DNA of 64,000 nt, from positions 741,609-805,608 of the forward strand of contig CAYYWQ010000001.1 in NCBI GenBank assembly GCA_964474825.1, read 5' to 3'. The notes beneath the pieces were generated by a model that did not search any database, was not told the origin of the DNA, and saw only the letters and a list, made by a program, of their open reading frames with translations. Origin of the DNA: an uncultured Candidatus Saccharibacteria bacterium (GTDB taxonomy: Bacteria > Patescibacteriota > Doudnabacteria > UBA920). The position numbers and the translations under genes were made by a program. Within the stretch, counting starts at the first letter, position 1; every line of letters starts with the position of its first letter. Positions 17,421-27,151 of the stretch are shown here, piece by piece.

Positions 17421-18052
17421 AACAGTCCGCTGAATAAAGACAGGTTAACGTCCTGCACTCCCCTGACTTCCAAGACCTTGGCGCCGCTGGCTTTGGCAGA
17501 AGCAATGCCGTGTGGAGCGTCTTCCACAATTAAGCATTCCTCGGGTTTAAGCTTAAGCGTTTCAAAAGCCTTTAAATAAATTTCCGGATGCGGCTTTTGG
17601 TGGGTAATTTCGTCGTTACCTAAAATAAGGTCGAAGTATTCATACAGCTGGGAAGACTTAAGCATAATATCTAACGTTTCGCGAATGGAATTGCTGCAGC
17701 AGCCCAATACCAACCCTTTGTTCTTCAATTCTTTTATCATAATAATTTTTGAGTAGTCCGGCACGCAGTATTTGGGAATAATTTCTTTGGTATATTGCTG
17801 TTTTATGGTATTAATAAATTCCGAAAGGCCTCCGGGCAAACGGCCCTGCTCTTCCAGCTGGGAAATTTTTTTCTTGGTAGAAAGGCCGTTAAAAAAACTC
17901 ATATGCTCTTCCGGCTCTATTTTAGCGCCAAACATTGCCAAAGCCTTGTTTAAGGCTTCGTAGTGGCCGTCCGGCATGTCTACCAAAACGCCGTCCAGGT
18001 CAAAAAGTATTGCTTTAATTTTATTATCCTTAGGCATAACTAAAATTTCCAA
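17417..18052 (-). CDS. HAD-superfamily hydrolase (subfamily IA-like phosphatase)
   Basis: Motif I AILFDLDGVLVD at the N-terminus. Size and layout are typical of HAD. Confidence 0.8.
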   Translation of the reverse strand: MEILVMPKDNKIKAILFDLDGVLVDMPDGHYEALNKALAMFGAKIEPEEHMSFFNGLSTKKKISQLEEQGRLPGGLSEFINTIKQQYTKEIIPKYCVPDYSKIIMIKELKNKGLVLGCCSNSIRETLDIMLKSSQLYEYFDLILGNDEITHQKPHPEIYLKAFETLKLKPEECLIVEDAPHGIASAKASGAKVLEVRGVQDVNLSLFSGLL

Positions 18053-18063
18053 TATTTAAAAAC

Positions 18064-19098
18064 CTACTTTACGTCTATTTTGGCGTTTAATTGTTTTATT
18101 CTTTCGCTATTTTTTTCGTCAAGGTACTTGCGGGCAAAACCGGCAAATTTTGGGAAGGCGTTCTTAACAAAGAACCTTAAATTATAAACCACGAAATACA
18201 CCATGTCTTCCAATATATTCGGGACAATAAATAAACTGTTATTGGCGTATTTATTAAGCAGTTTTTTATATTCCGTAAAAGTATAAAGCCCGCTATTGCT
18301 TAGGCAGGGAGTTTGCGCGTAGGCATCTCCCGGGGATTTGAGCCAATGTATCCCAGCCCTTTTGGCGCTTAAAAATATGCAGTTATTGGCAAAATATTTT
18401 TCCGAAAGCACAATATTATTGTGCGAAATGTCTTCCAAATGTTCAAAATGTATTTCTTTATGCTTAGACAGAAATTTAACCCAAATATATTGCTCTGGCG
18501 AATAAGGGTTGGTGGCCAGGTATGGTTCGCCATTTTTGTTTATGGCGGTTACCTCTTTGTTGGTTAATGGTATGTCAAAAATATTTTTTACGTCTTGTGT
18601 TAAACCAAAGAAAAACCAGTCACATACGTTAAAGGGCCACTTTGTCCTCCTGTTTGGGTTACAGGTGGTTATGGTTACAACCCTTTGGTTTAAAATTTTA
18701 TAATTTTCGTCAAAAGGCAATTGGCTGTAATTAACAAAGTAATCTAAAAAGTCCGCGTTCTTTAATTCAAAGTCGGTCCTCATTTTTACCGCGTATTTGG
18801 TCTTACTGGCTTTTAGGCCGTTTATGGAGGAAACAATTTGGCGGAAACAGTTGGACTTGTATTCCCCCATCATGTTAGAACCCGGGTCTTTGTTTAGGAT
18901 TAACTCGTCGTAATCCAAACCTTCAACGTTAGAACCTTCCCAGGTAGACAAAATTATAGTAGCGCCCGGCAAAATTTTCCGGAGGCTCTTTAAACAAATT
19001 TCCGTAAGCCTTCCTTTTGGCTGGGTGTCCTGGGAACCGGCAATTGCCCCCTGTACAACGACTGAAATTTCTTTAAAATTAATGTTTTCTTTTTGCAT
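18064..19098 (-). CDS. Hypothetical glycan-associated protein (possibly WavE-like LPS/polysaccharide synthesis family)
   Basis: 344-aa soluble protein in the nucleotide-sugar gene array. The family assignment is from weak recall only. Confidence 0.4.
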   Translation of the reverse strand: MQKENINFKEISVVVQGAIAGSQDTQPKGRLTEICLKSLRKILPGATIILSTWEGSNVEGLDYDELILNKDPGSNMMGEYKSNCFRQIVSSINGLKASKTKYAVKMRTDFELKNADFLDYFVNYSQLPFDENYKILNQRVVTITTCNPNRRTKWPFNVCDWFFFGLTQDVKNIFDIPLTNKEVTAINKNGEPYLATNPYSPEQYIWVKFLSKHKEIHFEHLEDISHNNIVLSEKYFANNCIFLSAKRAGIHWLKSPGDAYAQTPCLSNSGLYTFTEYKKLLNKYANNSLFIVPNILEDMVYFVVYNLRFFVKNAFPKFAGFARKYLDEKNSERIKQLNAKIDVK

Positions 19099-19202
19099 AT
19101 TACCTAGTATTTAATAGTATAATAACACTTTTTACCCTGTTGACCAAGCGGCTTTTTTAAGGCATAATAACAAATCGTCACCGAAGCACGTTTGGAGTAG
19201 AT

Positions 19203-20081
19203 GTGACGAAATTGAAAGGGGGAAATTTTTTGGAACCCATAGAGGCAGTAAAAACGGCATTAAGAAACTGGGCTCCCCGAATGGCCGAAATGTTCTTTGG
19301 GCCAACCGAAAAGCTCAAGGCAATTTACAAATCCGAGGACGGAACCCCACAGACAGCAATAGACCGTGAAGGGGCAAAGATGCTCATGAGCGAAGCCCTC
19401 AGGCTTCTGCCAGGCTGTGCTTTCAAGGATGAGGAGTCGCACGTAATCAACGGAACGAGCGGTGTTGAACTTGTGACGGACAACGCAGATGGCAGTCGAA
19501 ATATTGGACGGTTGCGGGTCCCACAGACTGTCAGTGGAGCATCACTCTTCTATCGCGGCGAACTCATCGGCGCGGCCATTGCTAACCCATTTGAAGACAT
19601 CCTGGTCTGGGGACAGAAAGATCTCGGCGTCTTCCGCAGCAAGCTGACTTTGGCAAAAGGGAGGAAAGAAAATGCTGAACAGCTTCACCTAAGCGCTCAC
19701 GGCCGGCCGGCAAGCCAGCGGTTCATGGGGATTGACTCCTACTATCCCCCTACAGTAGCAGCGCATAAGACCACCTTCTGCGGCCAAGCCGCCTCGTTCG
19801 CCTGGAACATGTGTTCCTACGGCAGCAACATTTACTACACCCAGTTGCTGCTGGAAGGACGCATTGATTTCCAGTTCACAGACTGCATTGGCGGGCCTCA
19901 GGACATCTTGCCAGCAATGGCTCTGGTGCCGCTACTTGGCGGCGAGGTCGTTAATCTCGAAGGTGAATTCCCGAAGCGCGATGAAAAACGGCTAATCATC
20001 GCCACTAACGGAGAATTCACACAGGACCTGCTCAAGGCCGCCCAAAGGTCGTACCCGGGATGGTTTCTGGGTTTCAAATAA
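19203..20081 (+). CDS. Inositol-monophosphatase/FBPase-like (FIG superfamily) phosphatase; GC-rich, possibly horizontally acquired
   Basis: Diverged IMPase motifs: DNADGS (compare DPIDGT), and an EE metal site in FKDEESHVINGTSG. Codon usage is dominated by G/C-ending codons, unlike the neighbours. It is the only plus-strand protein gene in the first 60 kb. Confidence 0.5.
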   Translation: MTKLKGGNFLEPIEAVKTALRNWAPRMAEMFFGPTEKLKAIYKSEDGTPQTAIDREGAKMLMSEALRLLPGCAFKDEESHVINGTSGVELVTDNADGSRNIGRLRVPQTVSGASLFYRGELIGAAIANPFEDILVWGQKDLGVFRSKLTLAKGRKENAEQLHLSAHGRPASQRFMGIDSYYPPTVAAHKTTFCGQAASFAWNMCSYGSNIYYTQLLLEGRIDFQFTDCIGGPQDILPAMALVPLLGGEVVNLEGEFPKRDEKRLIIATNGEFTQDLLKAAQRSYPGWFLGFK

Positions 20082-20094
20082 ATGGAACAAAAAC

Positions 20095-20146
20095 AAAGCA
20101 GGCGTTTTAAAGTGCAAGAATATTTCCTTGCCACGCCTGCTTTTTC
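20095..20146 (+). terminator. Rho-independent terminator of the 19203-20081 gene
   Basis: Stem agcaggcgt/acgcctgct with inner gcaag/cttgc pairing, followed by TTTTT. Confidence 0.5.
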
Positions 20147-20225
20147 ATTGGAAAATAAATTTTATTTCTGTATGTTCCCTGCCCGCCGTCGCCAAGGCTT
20201 TGGCGGACTGCGGCAGATAACAAAA

Positions 20226-21536
20226 TTATCTGCCCTGCCAAGTAAAAATGTAGTACAAAGTTTTTAAAATAATTTCTAAGTCAAACAAGAAGCTGCGATG
20301 TTTTATGTAGTACAAATCATATTGCAGCTTGAGTTTGGTTTCTTCCACACTGCCAGCGTAAATGTTATTTATTTGGGCCCAGCCTGTAAGGCCCGGTTTT
20401 ACCAAATGACGCTCTTCGTAAAATGGAATTTCTTTTTTTAAGTCTTCCACCAAATGCGGCTGTTCCGGCCTGGGCCCCACTAAACTCATGTTCCCCAGCA
20501 AAAGGTTTATGAATTGCGGCCATTCGTCTATGCGCGCTTTGCGCAAAAACCGCCCGACTGTTGTTATGCGCGGGTCGTTAACAGATGTCCAGGAATTGGT
20601 TACTCCCCCGCTCATGGTGCGGTATTTGTAAACCCTAAAAATCTTATTGTCCTTGCCCACACGCTCCTGAATAAAAAAAATAGGTCCTTTTGAGCTTGAT
20701 TTAATCAGCAAAGCAATGGGCAAAAAAGTTATTGCAAACACAACCGCGGAAACTAACCCTACAAATAAGTCTACAATCCTTTTAAGCAAATTGTAAAAAC
20801 GCTTTTCGCGATAATTAATGTTTTCCAAAAACCATAGTTCACTAATTTGAGAAAGATACACTCGCCGCATTAAACTTTCGTAAAAATCTTTGTAGTTATA
20901 AAAATTTACTCCCAAAGTACGCAGCTCGTAAAATCTTCTTAGCACGTCTGGTTGGGCGTCTATATTGTCAGGTAAAACAATGGCCGCATTTTTAGCCAAG
21001 GCTTGCACCTTTAAAGTTTCGCCGTTTAAATGACCAAGTACCTTGTATCCCAAATAGCCGTGGCGGCCAATTTCCTGCTCCAGTTCCGAAAGTTCGTTGT
21101 TAAAAGAAAAAAGATATATGGATTCCGAAATGCGGTTCTTGAGCAAATATTTTATTAACAAATGCCAGACCAAAATAAGAACAAAAGCAACACCGGCGTC
21201 TATAAGCAGAACACGGCGGGGAGTTAGGATGAGCGAAGGCTGAAAATAAAAAAACATTGCCGCGGCCAAAACATTTATAACCATGGCCGAGGTTAAATTA
21301 AAAACCAAAGTGCTGTAGCGCCTAAAAGCGCTAAAATCAAAAAGGCCGTGGATAAAAAATACCACAACCCAAACCGCGTAAATTAAAGTAAACGCCCTAA
21401 TATGGGCGGGCCAAAGGGCGGGCTCAAGGCTGCTCCCATAACGGACACGCAGGGACAGCCATAGCGCCACATAAAGTAAAACAATATCCGGAAGAAGTGT
21501 TATTAAAAAAATTTTAGATTTTCTGGTTTGAGCCAT
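20226..21536 (-). CDS. Polyprenyl-phosphate glycosylphosphotransferase (WbaP/CpsE-type bacterial sugar transferase; initiating enzyme)
   Basis: N-terminal multi-TM domain. C-terminal bacterial sugar transferase signature: IVDLFVGL...KGPIFFIQERVGKDNKIFRVYKYRTM...DEWPQFINLLLGNMSLVGPRPEQP. Confidence 0.85.
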   Translation of the reverse strand: MAQTRKSKIFLITLLPDIVLLYVALWLSLRVRYGSSLEPALWPAHIRAFTLIYAVWVVVFFIHGLFDFSAFRRYSTLVFNLTSAMVINVLAAAMFFYFQPSLILTPRRVLLIDAGVAFVLILVWHLLIKYLLKNRISESIYLFSFNNELSELEQEIGRHGYLGYKVLGHLNGETLKVQALAKNAAIVLPDNIDAQPDVLRRFYELRTLGVNFYNYKDFYESLMRRVYLSQISELWFLENINYREKRFYNLLKRIVDLFVGLVSAVVFAITFLPIALLIKSSSKGPIFFIQERVGKDNKIFRVYKYRTMSGGVTNSWTSVNDPRITTVGRFLRKARIDEWPQFINLLLGNMSLVGPRPEQPHLVEDLKKEIPFYEERHLVKPGLTGWAQINNIYAGSVEETKLKLQYDLYYIKHRSFLFDLEIILKTLYYIFTWQGR

Positions 21537-21684
21537 AATCTGCTTAAATATAAGCTGTTTAAGGGGATAAATCTTTATTATTTATTATAGTACAAAAAAA
21601 TTAAAGCCGATAGGCCGGGTTTAGTTCCTACAAATAACAATTTTAGCCGTAAAAAGGTTGTCCCGCAGAGCAGTAAAATTTTAT

Positions 21685-22470
21685 TTACAGGAACCTCCGA
21701 GTTTGGATCCGCCACTTTATCCAACCTAACCAGTAGTTAGGATAATAATTTTTATTCAGCTTAATTAAATTCAAAACAGATTTAATCATTTGTTGTTTTT
21801 TTTGTCCGGTAATACCCAGTGGGTTTTGGCAGTACCTGACCATAATGCTGTTTAAGTTGGCCCAGGCGCCTTTTTGTCCCATTCGAAGCCATAGCGCGTA
21901 ATCCTCCACATGTAGATCCTCCTGCCGGTAACCGCCGGCTTTTAGTAGAGCGCTTTTTCTGACAACAACACTGCTGTGTACAAAACAATTACGGCATAAA
22001 ATTTGCCGGCGAATTTGGGCGTCCGTGGCCGGCGGGCAAAAATCATATAAGCGACGGCCTTCCGGACTCACCACCTCAGCCCACGTCCCTAAAAGATCAC
22101 AGCCCGAATTTTCGTCTAAAAACTTAACTTGACTGGAAAGTTTTTCCGCGCTTGTCCAGGCGTCGTCCGAGTCAAGCCTTGCCAAATATTCCCCGGCCGA
22201 GGCCGCAACCGCTTCGTTTAAAGACTGGACCAGCCCCAAATTTTGTGGCTGATTTATAGCTTTTATTCGCTGGTCTGTATTTTGGAGTTTGCTGATAATT
22301 TTACCGCTTGTGTCTGTAGAGCCGTCGTTAATTAAAATTAACTCCCAATCTGAAAAAGTCTGAGCCAAAACACTGGCAACAGCCTGTTCCAAAAACCGCT
22401 CGCCATTGTAAACGGGTAATAATACAGATACTTTAGGCATGATATGTAAAATTGGCTGATCGATTATCAC
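21685..22470 (-). CDS. Glycosyltransferase family 2
   Basis: VSVLLPVYNGERFLEQAVASVLAQTFSDWELILINDGSTD, followed by a DxD-type GT-A core. Confidence 0.8.
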   Translation of the reverse strand: MIIDQPILHIMPKVSVLLPVYNGERFLEQAVASVLAQTFSDWELILINDGSTDTSGKIISKLQNTDQRIKAINQPQNLGLVQSLNEAVAASAGEYLARLDSDDAWTSAEKLSSQVKFLDENSGCDLLGTWAEVVSPEGRRLYDFCPPATDAQIRRQILCRNCFVHSSVVVRKSALLKAGGYRQEDLHVEDYALWLRMGQKGAWANLNSIMVRYCQNPLGITGQKKQQMIKSVLNLIKLNKNYYPNYWLGWIKWRIQTRRFL

Positions 22471-23062
22471 TATTCCAAGCTTTAACAGACAAGCCGTTTT
22501 TGTCTTTATCGGAAATCAGTAAATCCGAACGGCCAATTATGCTTTGAAACTGTTTATAAAGTTCCGGGTCACACAACGACCAGTCAATGTCGGAAGACAG
22601 TGGCGAAATACCGGCTTCTGCGCCTGGGTTATATTCGCCTGAGCAAAAATATTCAATAGCCGACTCCTCCACATAAAAATTGCCGTGGGCAAAACCCGGC
22701 GGTACCCAAATCCATTCTGAATAATCATTCCCAAAATTTTGCGGCATGTTGTAAATTATGGCTTTGCCAAAAGTGGGAGAATTTTTGCGAATGTCTAAAA
22801 CCATGTCCGCCATATGCCCAAAAATGGTGCGTACCATTTTGCCCTGGGGCGGGCTCCACTGGAAATGCAGCCCCCTAACCGTACCAGCCTTGGAATAGCT
22901 TTCGTTGCTTTGGACAAAATTTATATCTTTCAACTCAGGGATTGTTTTAAAATCACTGTCCCGAAAAGGCTCGCTAAAGTAACCCCGGTTGTCTAAAAAA
23001 CGGCCAAAGCGGATAACTTTGACTTCAGACAAGGCTAATTGGGTAATACTAATAATCTTCAT
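22433..23062 (-). CDS. dTDP-4-dehydrorhamnose 3,5-epimerase-like (RmlC family cupin epimerase)
   Basis: RGLHFQ motif and KMVRTIFGHMADMVLDIRKNSPTFGK block, as in RmlC. Confidence 0.75.
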   Translation of the reverse strand: MKIISITQLALSEVKVIRFGRFLDNRGYFSEPFRDSDFKTIPELKDINFVQSNESYSKAGTVRGLHFQWSPPQGKMVRTIFGHMADMVLDIRKNSPTFGKAIIYNMPQNFGNDYSEWIWVPPGFAHGNFYVEESAIEYFCSGEYNPGAEAGISPLSSDIDWSLCDPELYKQFQSIIGRSDLLISDKDKNGLSVKAWNSDNRSANFTYHA

Positions 23063-23103
23063 AATTATATGTTTATTATAGACTATTTAAAATAAAAAAA
23101 CAC

Positions 23104-24150
23104 CTAGAAAGTAAACAGTTTTTTCAAGTTTTCTACAACCGCGGACTCGCTGTAAAATTTCAAAATATACTCCCGGCATTTTTGGTTGTCTTCCGCGGCC
23201 TTTGCGGGATTATTTAAATACAACAAAATATTTTCCGCTAATTTTTTTTCGTCTGTGGGTGCATGAAATAAGGCCCTGTCTTTAAACACGCCGGTAAAAG
23301 ACATTATAGAAGGGAGGCACAATGCATTGCCGCACAAAGCGGCGTTATAAACAGCCACGCACTGACCTTCGTCAAAAGAAGAATTTACATAGACTAAAAA
23401 ATTATTTAAAGTTTTTGCCAAATCCTCAAGCGGCATAAACCCGTAAGCAACTATATTGTCTTTAAGTCCCAAACTTTCCGCCTCAGGCCAAAACGCGGGG
23501 TCTGATATTCTTCCTACAATATGCAGTTTAATATCCGGCCTCTCTTTTTTTACCATATTCACGGCTCTCAAAATAGCTGGTAAATTCTTTTTGGCCGTGA
23601 CATTGCCAAAATAAACTATATCTTGCCGGTCACTTGTGCCTGTTTTGTAAAAATATTTATTGGACACCGCCAAAGGAGCCACAAAAAGTTTTTTTGCCGG
23701 GCTGCCCCGGGCAATTAAGAATTCCTTTTCCTCGTGGTTATTTAAACGTACCCTGGAAAAAAACTTAAACACAAAATCCTGGATAAGCTGTTTGGTTTTA
23801 GTTTGCCTAACCGGATGAGTATGCCCCATAAATATTGATTTTGAGGCAATAAACGGGACCAAAAAAGATTGCCACTCGTAACTGTTAACGTAAAACAGGG
23901 CGCGGCGGAATTTTAACAATTGCCATAAAAAGTTAAAAAAGTTTTTGTATTCTATTATGGTTATGTCCTTGTCAAAATTTGGGTCGTCCTGAATGTCATT
24001 TTGCCCCTGCCGGATTAAGGCGACGGGCTTATAGCCCAAAGACTTGGCGACTTGCAGCGCCTGGAGGTGGTAATTCTCTTCTGGGGAAAAAGCATACATT
24101 TGCCGGGAGTAACCCCAAATTACGGAAACAAAATATTTTGGAGAGTCCAT
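23104..24150 (-). CDS. Glycosyltransferase (GT-B, family 1/4-like)
   Basis: 348 aa. The C-terminal half has a GT1-like E...E pattern. It sits between a methyltransferase and an RmlC-like gene. Confidence 0.55.
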   Translation of the reverse strand: MDSPKYFVSVIWGYSRQMYAFSPEENYHLQALQVAKSLGYKPVALIRQGQNDIQDDPNFDKDITIIEYKNFFNFLWQLLKFRRALFYVNSYEWQSFLVPFIASKSIFMGHTHPVRQTKTKQLIQDFVFKFFSRVRLNNHEEKEFLIARGSPAKKLFVAPLAVSNKYFYKTGTSDRQDIVYFGNVTAKKNLPAILRAVNMVKKERPDIKLHIVGRISDPAFWPEAESLGLKDNIVAYGFMPLEDLAKTLNNFLVYVNSSFDEGQCVAVYNAALCGNALCLPSIMSFTGVFKDRALFHAPTDEKKLAENILLYLNNPAKAAEDNQKCREYILKFYSESAVVENLKKLFTF

Positions 24151-24152
24151 AA

Positions 24153-24908
24153 TTATTTTTGGAAGTTAACGTAAATGTCCCCGTAACAATCTTTACCGCG
24201 CAATTTCTCCAAAGCCGAAAGCAGGCCTTGGCTATTCACCCACTCCGCCAGTTCCAGTTCATAATACGCGGACATGGAAAAATTGTACCTTGCCTTGCCT
24301 AAAGTATCCAAATGAGAGGTTACTTCGGCAATGTTGGCAAAAAAATGGTCGGAAAATTCAAAAGAAATATAATTAATTGCCCGGCTCAGTCCTTTTACTA
24401 CGTGAGGTTCAAAACCTTCAACATCAATTTTACAAAATTGTGGCAACCCGTATTGCCCTATTAACGCGTCGAGCGTGGTTACCGGGACCTGGATGGTTTT
24501 GGTCCAGGAATGCCCGGCAAAACGACTGTCTTCCTTTGCTTTGTCCGAGAAAGACGCCAGGCCGGTGGAATTGTCGTCTAAGTGAAAATCAAGCATGCCC
24601 GGCTGTTCGCTTACTCCCCTGGCCACTATTGCCACCCTTTTATCCCGGCCATATCTTTTTTCTAAGGCGCTTACGCACACCGGCTGGGGGTCTATGCTAA
24701 TTACTAACTTTGCTCCCAGCTCCAAAAATAACGCGGTCATGTCGCCCTGGTTGGCGCCTACGTCAAACACCAGGTCGCCTGTGGTAATAAAATTCCCCAA
24801 CAATTTTTTTTGTTTGCGCCCGTTAAACTTGTTAACCAGCGGCAGTAAAAAATACAGGCTGGTCCTTAATTTTTTAGGGAACAAGCTTTTTATACGATAA
24901 AGCGTCAT
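24153..24908 (-). CDS. FkbM-family methyltransferase
   Basis: FDVGANQGDMT motif, typical of FkbM-domain SAM-dependent methyltransferases. Confidence 0.7.
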   Translation of the reverse strand: MTLYRIKSLFPKKLRTSLYFLLPLVNKFNGRKQKKLLGNFITTGDLVFDVGANQGDMTALFLELGAKLVISIDPQPVCVSALEKRYGRDKRVAIVARGVSEQPGMLDFHLDDNSTGLASFSDKAKEDSRFAGHSWTKTIQVPVTTLDALIGQYGLPQFCKIDVEGFEPHVVKGLSRAINYISFEFSDHFFANIAEVTSHLDTLGKARYNFSMSAYYELELAEWVNSQGLLSALEKLRGKDCYGDIYVNFQK

Positions 24909-24910
24909 AT

Positions 24911-26047
24911 TTAATTTTTCTCATTAATTAACAACTCATATTCACGAAAAATAACATCCCATGTATGCCTCGTTTGCCACAGAATAAAAGCTTTTTCTAT
25001 GAGCTCCTGTCTTTTTTGTTCTTGGCCCAAATAAAAATTCAACTGTTCGGCCATTTGCTCCGGAGTTTTAACTAAGACCTCTGCTTCTTTATGGTCCTGA
25101 ATATTTCCAACCGGCGTGCTTATAAACAAAGTTTTGGAAGCAAAAGCTTCGTACATAACAAGCGGCGCGCATTCCACTTTGGAGCCAAATAAAAAGACGT
25201 CCGCGTCTTTGTAGGCAGAAAGCACGTCACTGCGGTTATTACCGCGCATTAGCTTAATATTTTTATGCAGGAGCGACGAGGCAGCACAGGATTTATAACA
25301 GCCGCGAATGAGCTGTTTAATTTTGCCTAAAAAATTCGCCCCAGGGTTCTCGCCAATTATTAGGAGTGTTGTATCGCTTCGTCCAGCCCGTAAAAACGCG
25401 TCTATAACAAAATCATGCCCTTTGTCGCGGTAATGGTTTGCCACGCAAATTGCTAAAAATTTAGTTGTAATGCCCAGCTTTTGTCTAATGCCGCTACCGG
25501 GCAGATGCAAAAACTCTTCGGCTGCCGCGGCATTGGGAATAATTACTGCTTTGTCTCCCACGCCTTGCTTGTCGCCAAAAAATTTGTCCTGGTAATTTGG
25601 GGACATGTAGACTAACTTGTCGTACTGCTTTAAGCCTATGGCTAATTTTTCAAAATATTCTTTAAACAAAGGGTTGTTAACATCCGGATAGCCGCACGGC
25701 ACAAGAATTTTTTTGGCCTGGATTTTAGGCAAAACGTCCAGCGCTAAATCGGTTGTCCAAATTTGGGCGGCGTAATTTATAACAACATCAAAGCCGCTTT
25801 GTAAAAATGTTTGGTAGCGAAGAACTTCCTCCTGCCCTCCTCCAATCCCCCGCGCCAAAGTTCCCGACAGCTTAAAACTTTCAATTTTTACGCCGTTTAA
25901 AACACCAGTCTTCCTGGCGGCTAAAAAAGTCGTGGCAACGGTAACATTGTGTCCTGCCGCCGCAAACCTCTCGCTAAGCTGCCTGACTACTTCTTCCGCC
26001 CCGCCCTTATGCGGCTCGTAAAATTCCACGGTAAATAAAATTTTCAT
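24911..26047 (-). CDS. Glycosyltransferase family 4 (GT-B)
   Basis: MKILFTVEFYEPHKGGAEE N-terminus. 378-aa GT-B layout. Confidence 0.7.
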   Translation of the reverse strand: MKILFTVEFYEPHKGGAEEVVRQLSERFAAAGHNVTVATTFLAARKTGVLNGVKIESFKLSGTLARGIGGGQEEVLRYQTFLQSGFDVVINYAAQIWTTDLALDVLPKIQAKKILVPCGYPDVNNPLFKEYFEKLAIGLKQYDKLVYMSPNYQDKFFGDKQGVGDKAVIIPNAAAAEEFLHLPGSGIRQKLGITTKFLAICVANHYRDKGHDFVIDAFLRAGRSDTTLLIIGENPGANFLGKIKQLIRGCYKSCAASSLLHKNIKLMRGNNRSDVLSAYKDADVFLFGSKVECAPLVMYEAFASKTLFISTPVGNIQDHKEAEVLVKTPEQMAEQLNFYLGQEQKRQELIEKAFILWQTRHTWDVIFREYELLINEKN

Positions 26048-26050
26048 AAA

Positions 26051-27151
26051 TTATTTTGAAAAATTAGGCAAATTTTTTAACAACTGTTTCTCAAAAATTT
26101 CTTTGCCTACCGGGGTGTAATGGTGGTCTCCCGGGTAAAATAGCAAATCGGCCGGCGCTGTTTGCCTGTGTTCGGCAAAAGGCCCGTAAATATCAACATA
26201 CTTTACTTCCCTGGCCGCAAGCTCCTTTTGAAGCAGAGGGACGAAGTCATCATACCCGTAATCATTGGGCTTAGGCAAGAAATCCGCGTAAAGGGAGAGC
26301 TTATTGGGAACTATAATAAATACCAAAGTTAAATTGTAGTCATCTTTCAATACCTGGGACAGCTTGGCAATATCACCCGCCAATTGGGGGATTTGGGCAA
26401 TTTTGGTCCGGTTGTTTCTAAAAGCCACCTCTTCATTTAGAAATAACATTTTTGGATTCTTAGAATAAAGGGGTGTAAGGCCGTCTATGTCGCCAAACCA
26501 ATGGAAAGCCTTGTCTTTTAACCAAGCCCTCACGGGCTGTACCACAAAATTGTTTTCAAAAAAATATTCTTTTCGGCCGCGGTTGGGTTTAAAACTTGAA
26601 AACAAACCAGACAAACTCTTTACCAGGCTTTTGTGGCCGGCCGGCTTTACCGCTTGGCCTTCGTCCGTAATACGCCCCAATGAATAGAATTCAGCCGTCT
26701 CCCAAACAAATACTTTTGGGCCGGCCTTTTTATATTCAATTTCCTTTAAAAAATCTAATGGACCCTTTTCCGTGGTAAGAAGCTTGTAATATATACCGCC
26801 TTCGAGCCTGCCCTGCAGGTAATTATAAACCGGCTCTGAATCGTAACCCGTGGAAAAAAAAGAATCTGCCTTAATAACATACTTGGCGCTGTTTGGACCA
26901 GAAGCGGCAGGCAGGAGAGGCCGCTGGTTTATTTGTTCCTTAAAATCTTTTATAAAACTCATGCAGTAAAGGTCACCCAAAAAATACGGGCCGTCATAAC
27001 AGGGGTCTACCACCAATTTTTTCCAGACAAATTCATTCTGGCTGGCTACAACCGCCAAAATTGCCAACAAGAAAAAAGCAAATAATGCCGCTTTGACCAA
27101 AGCTCTTACAAGCCCGGCCGATTTAAAATTGGAAGTAAATAAAGGGCGCAT
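26051..27151 (-). CDS. Periplasmic O-acyltransferase partner protein (AlgJ/AlgX/DHHW-like), partner of the adjacent MBOAT
   Basis: N-terminal membrane anchor, then a periplasmic domain with a DHH motif (FYPGDHHYT). It lies immediately downstream of, and overlaps, an MBOAT gene, as in algI-algJ and patA-patB. Confidence 0.5.
   Translation of the reverse strand: MRPLFTSNFKSAGLVRALVKAALFAFFLLAILAVVASQNEFVWKKLVVDPCYDGPYFLGDLYCMSFIKDFKEQINQRPLLPAASGPNSAKYVIKADSFFSTGYDSEPVYNYLQGRLEGGIYYKLLTTEKGPLDFLKEIEYKKAGPKVFVWETAEFYSLGRITDEGQAVKPAGHKSLVKSLSGLFSSFKPNRGRKEYFFENNFVVQPVRAWLKDKAFHWFGDIDGLTPLYSKNPKMLFLNEEVAFRNNRTKIAQIPQLAGDIAKLSQVLKDDYNLTLVFIIVPNKLSLYADFLPKPNDYGYDDFVPLLQKELAAREVKYVDIYGPFAEHRQTAPADLLFYPGDHHYTPVGKEIFEKQLLKNLPNFSK

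Noticed and set aside
20082-20267. 61-aa plus-strand ORF downstream of the IMPase-like gene
   Set aside because: It overlaps the terminator hairpins and the 3' end of the convergent sugar-transferase gene. Its composition is not protein-like.
20231-20317. 13-bp direct repeat atgtagtacaaa (two copies 55 bp apart) near the sugar-transferase 3' end, considered as a target-site duplication for the GC-rich gene
   Set aside because: Both copies lie on the same side of the GC-rich gene and within the coding sequence, where they encode the recurring LYYI peptide. This is a coding coincidence.
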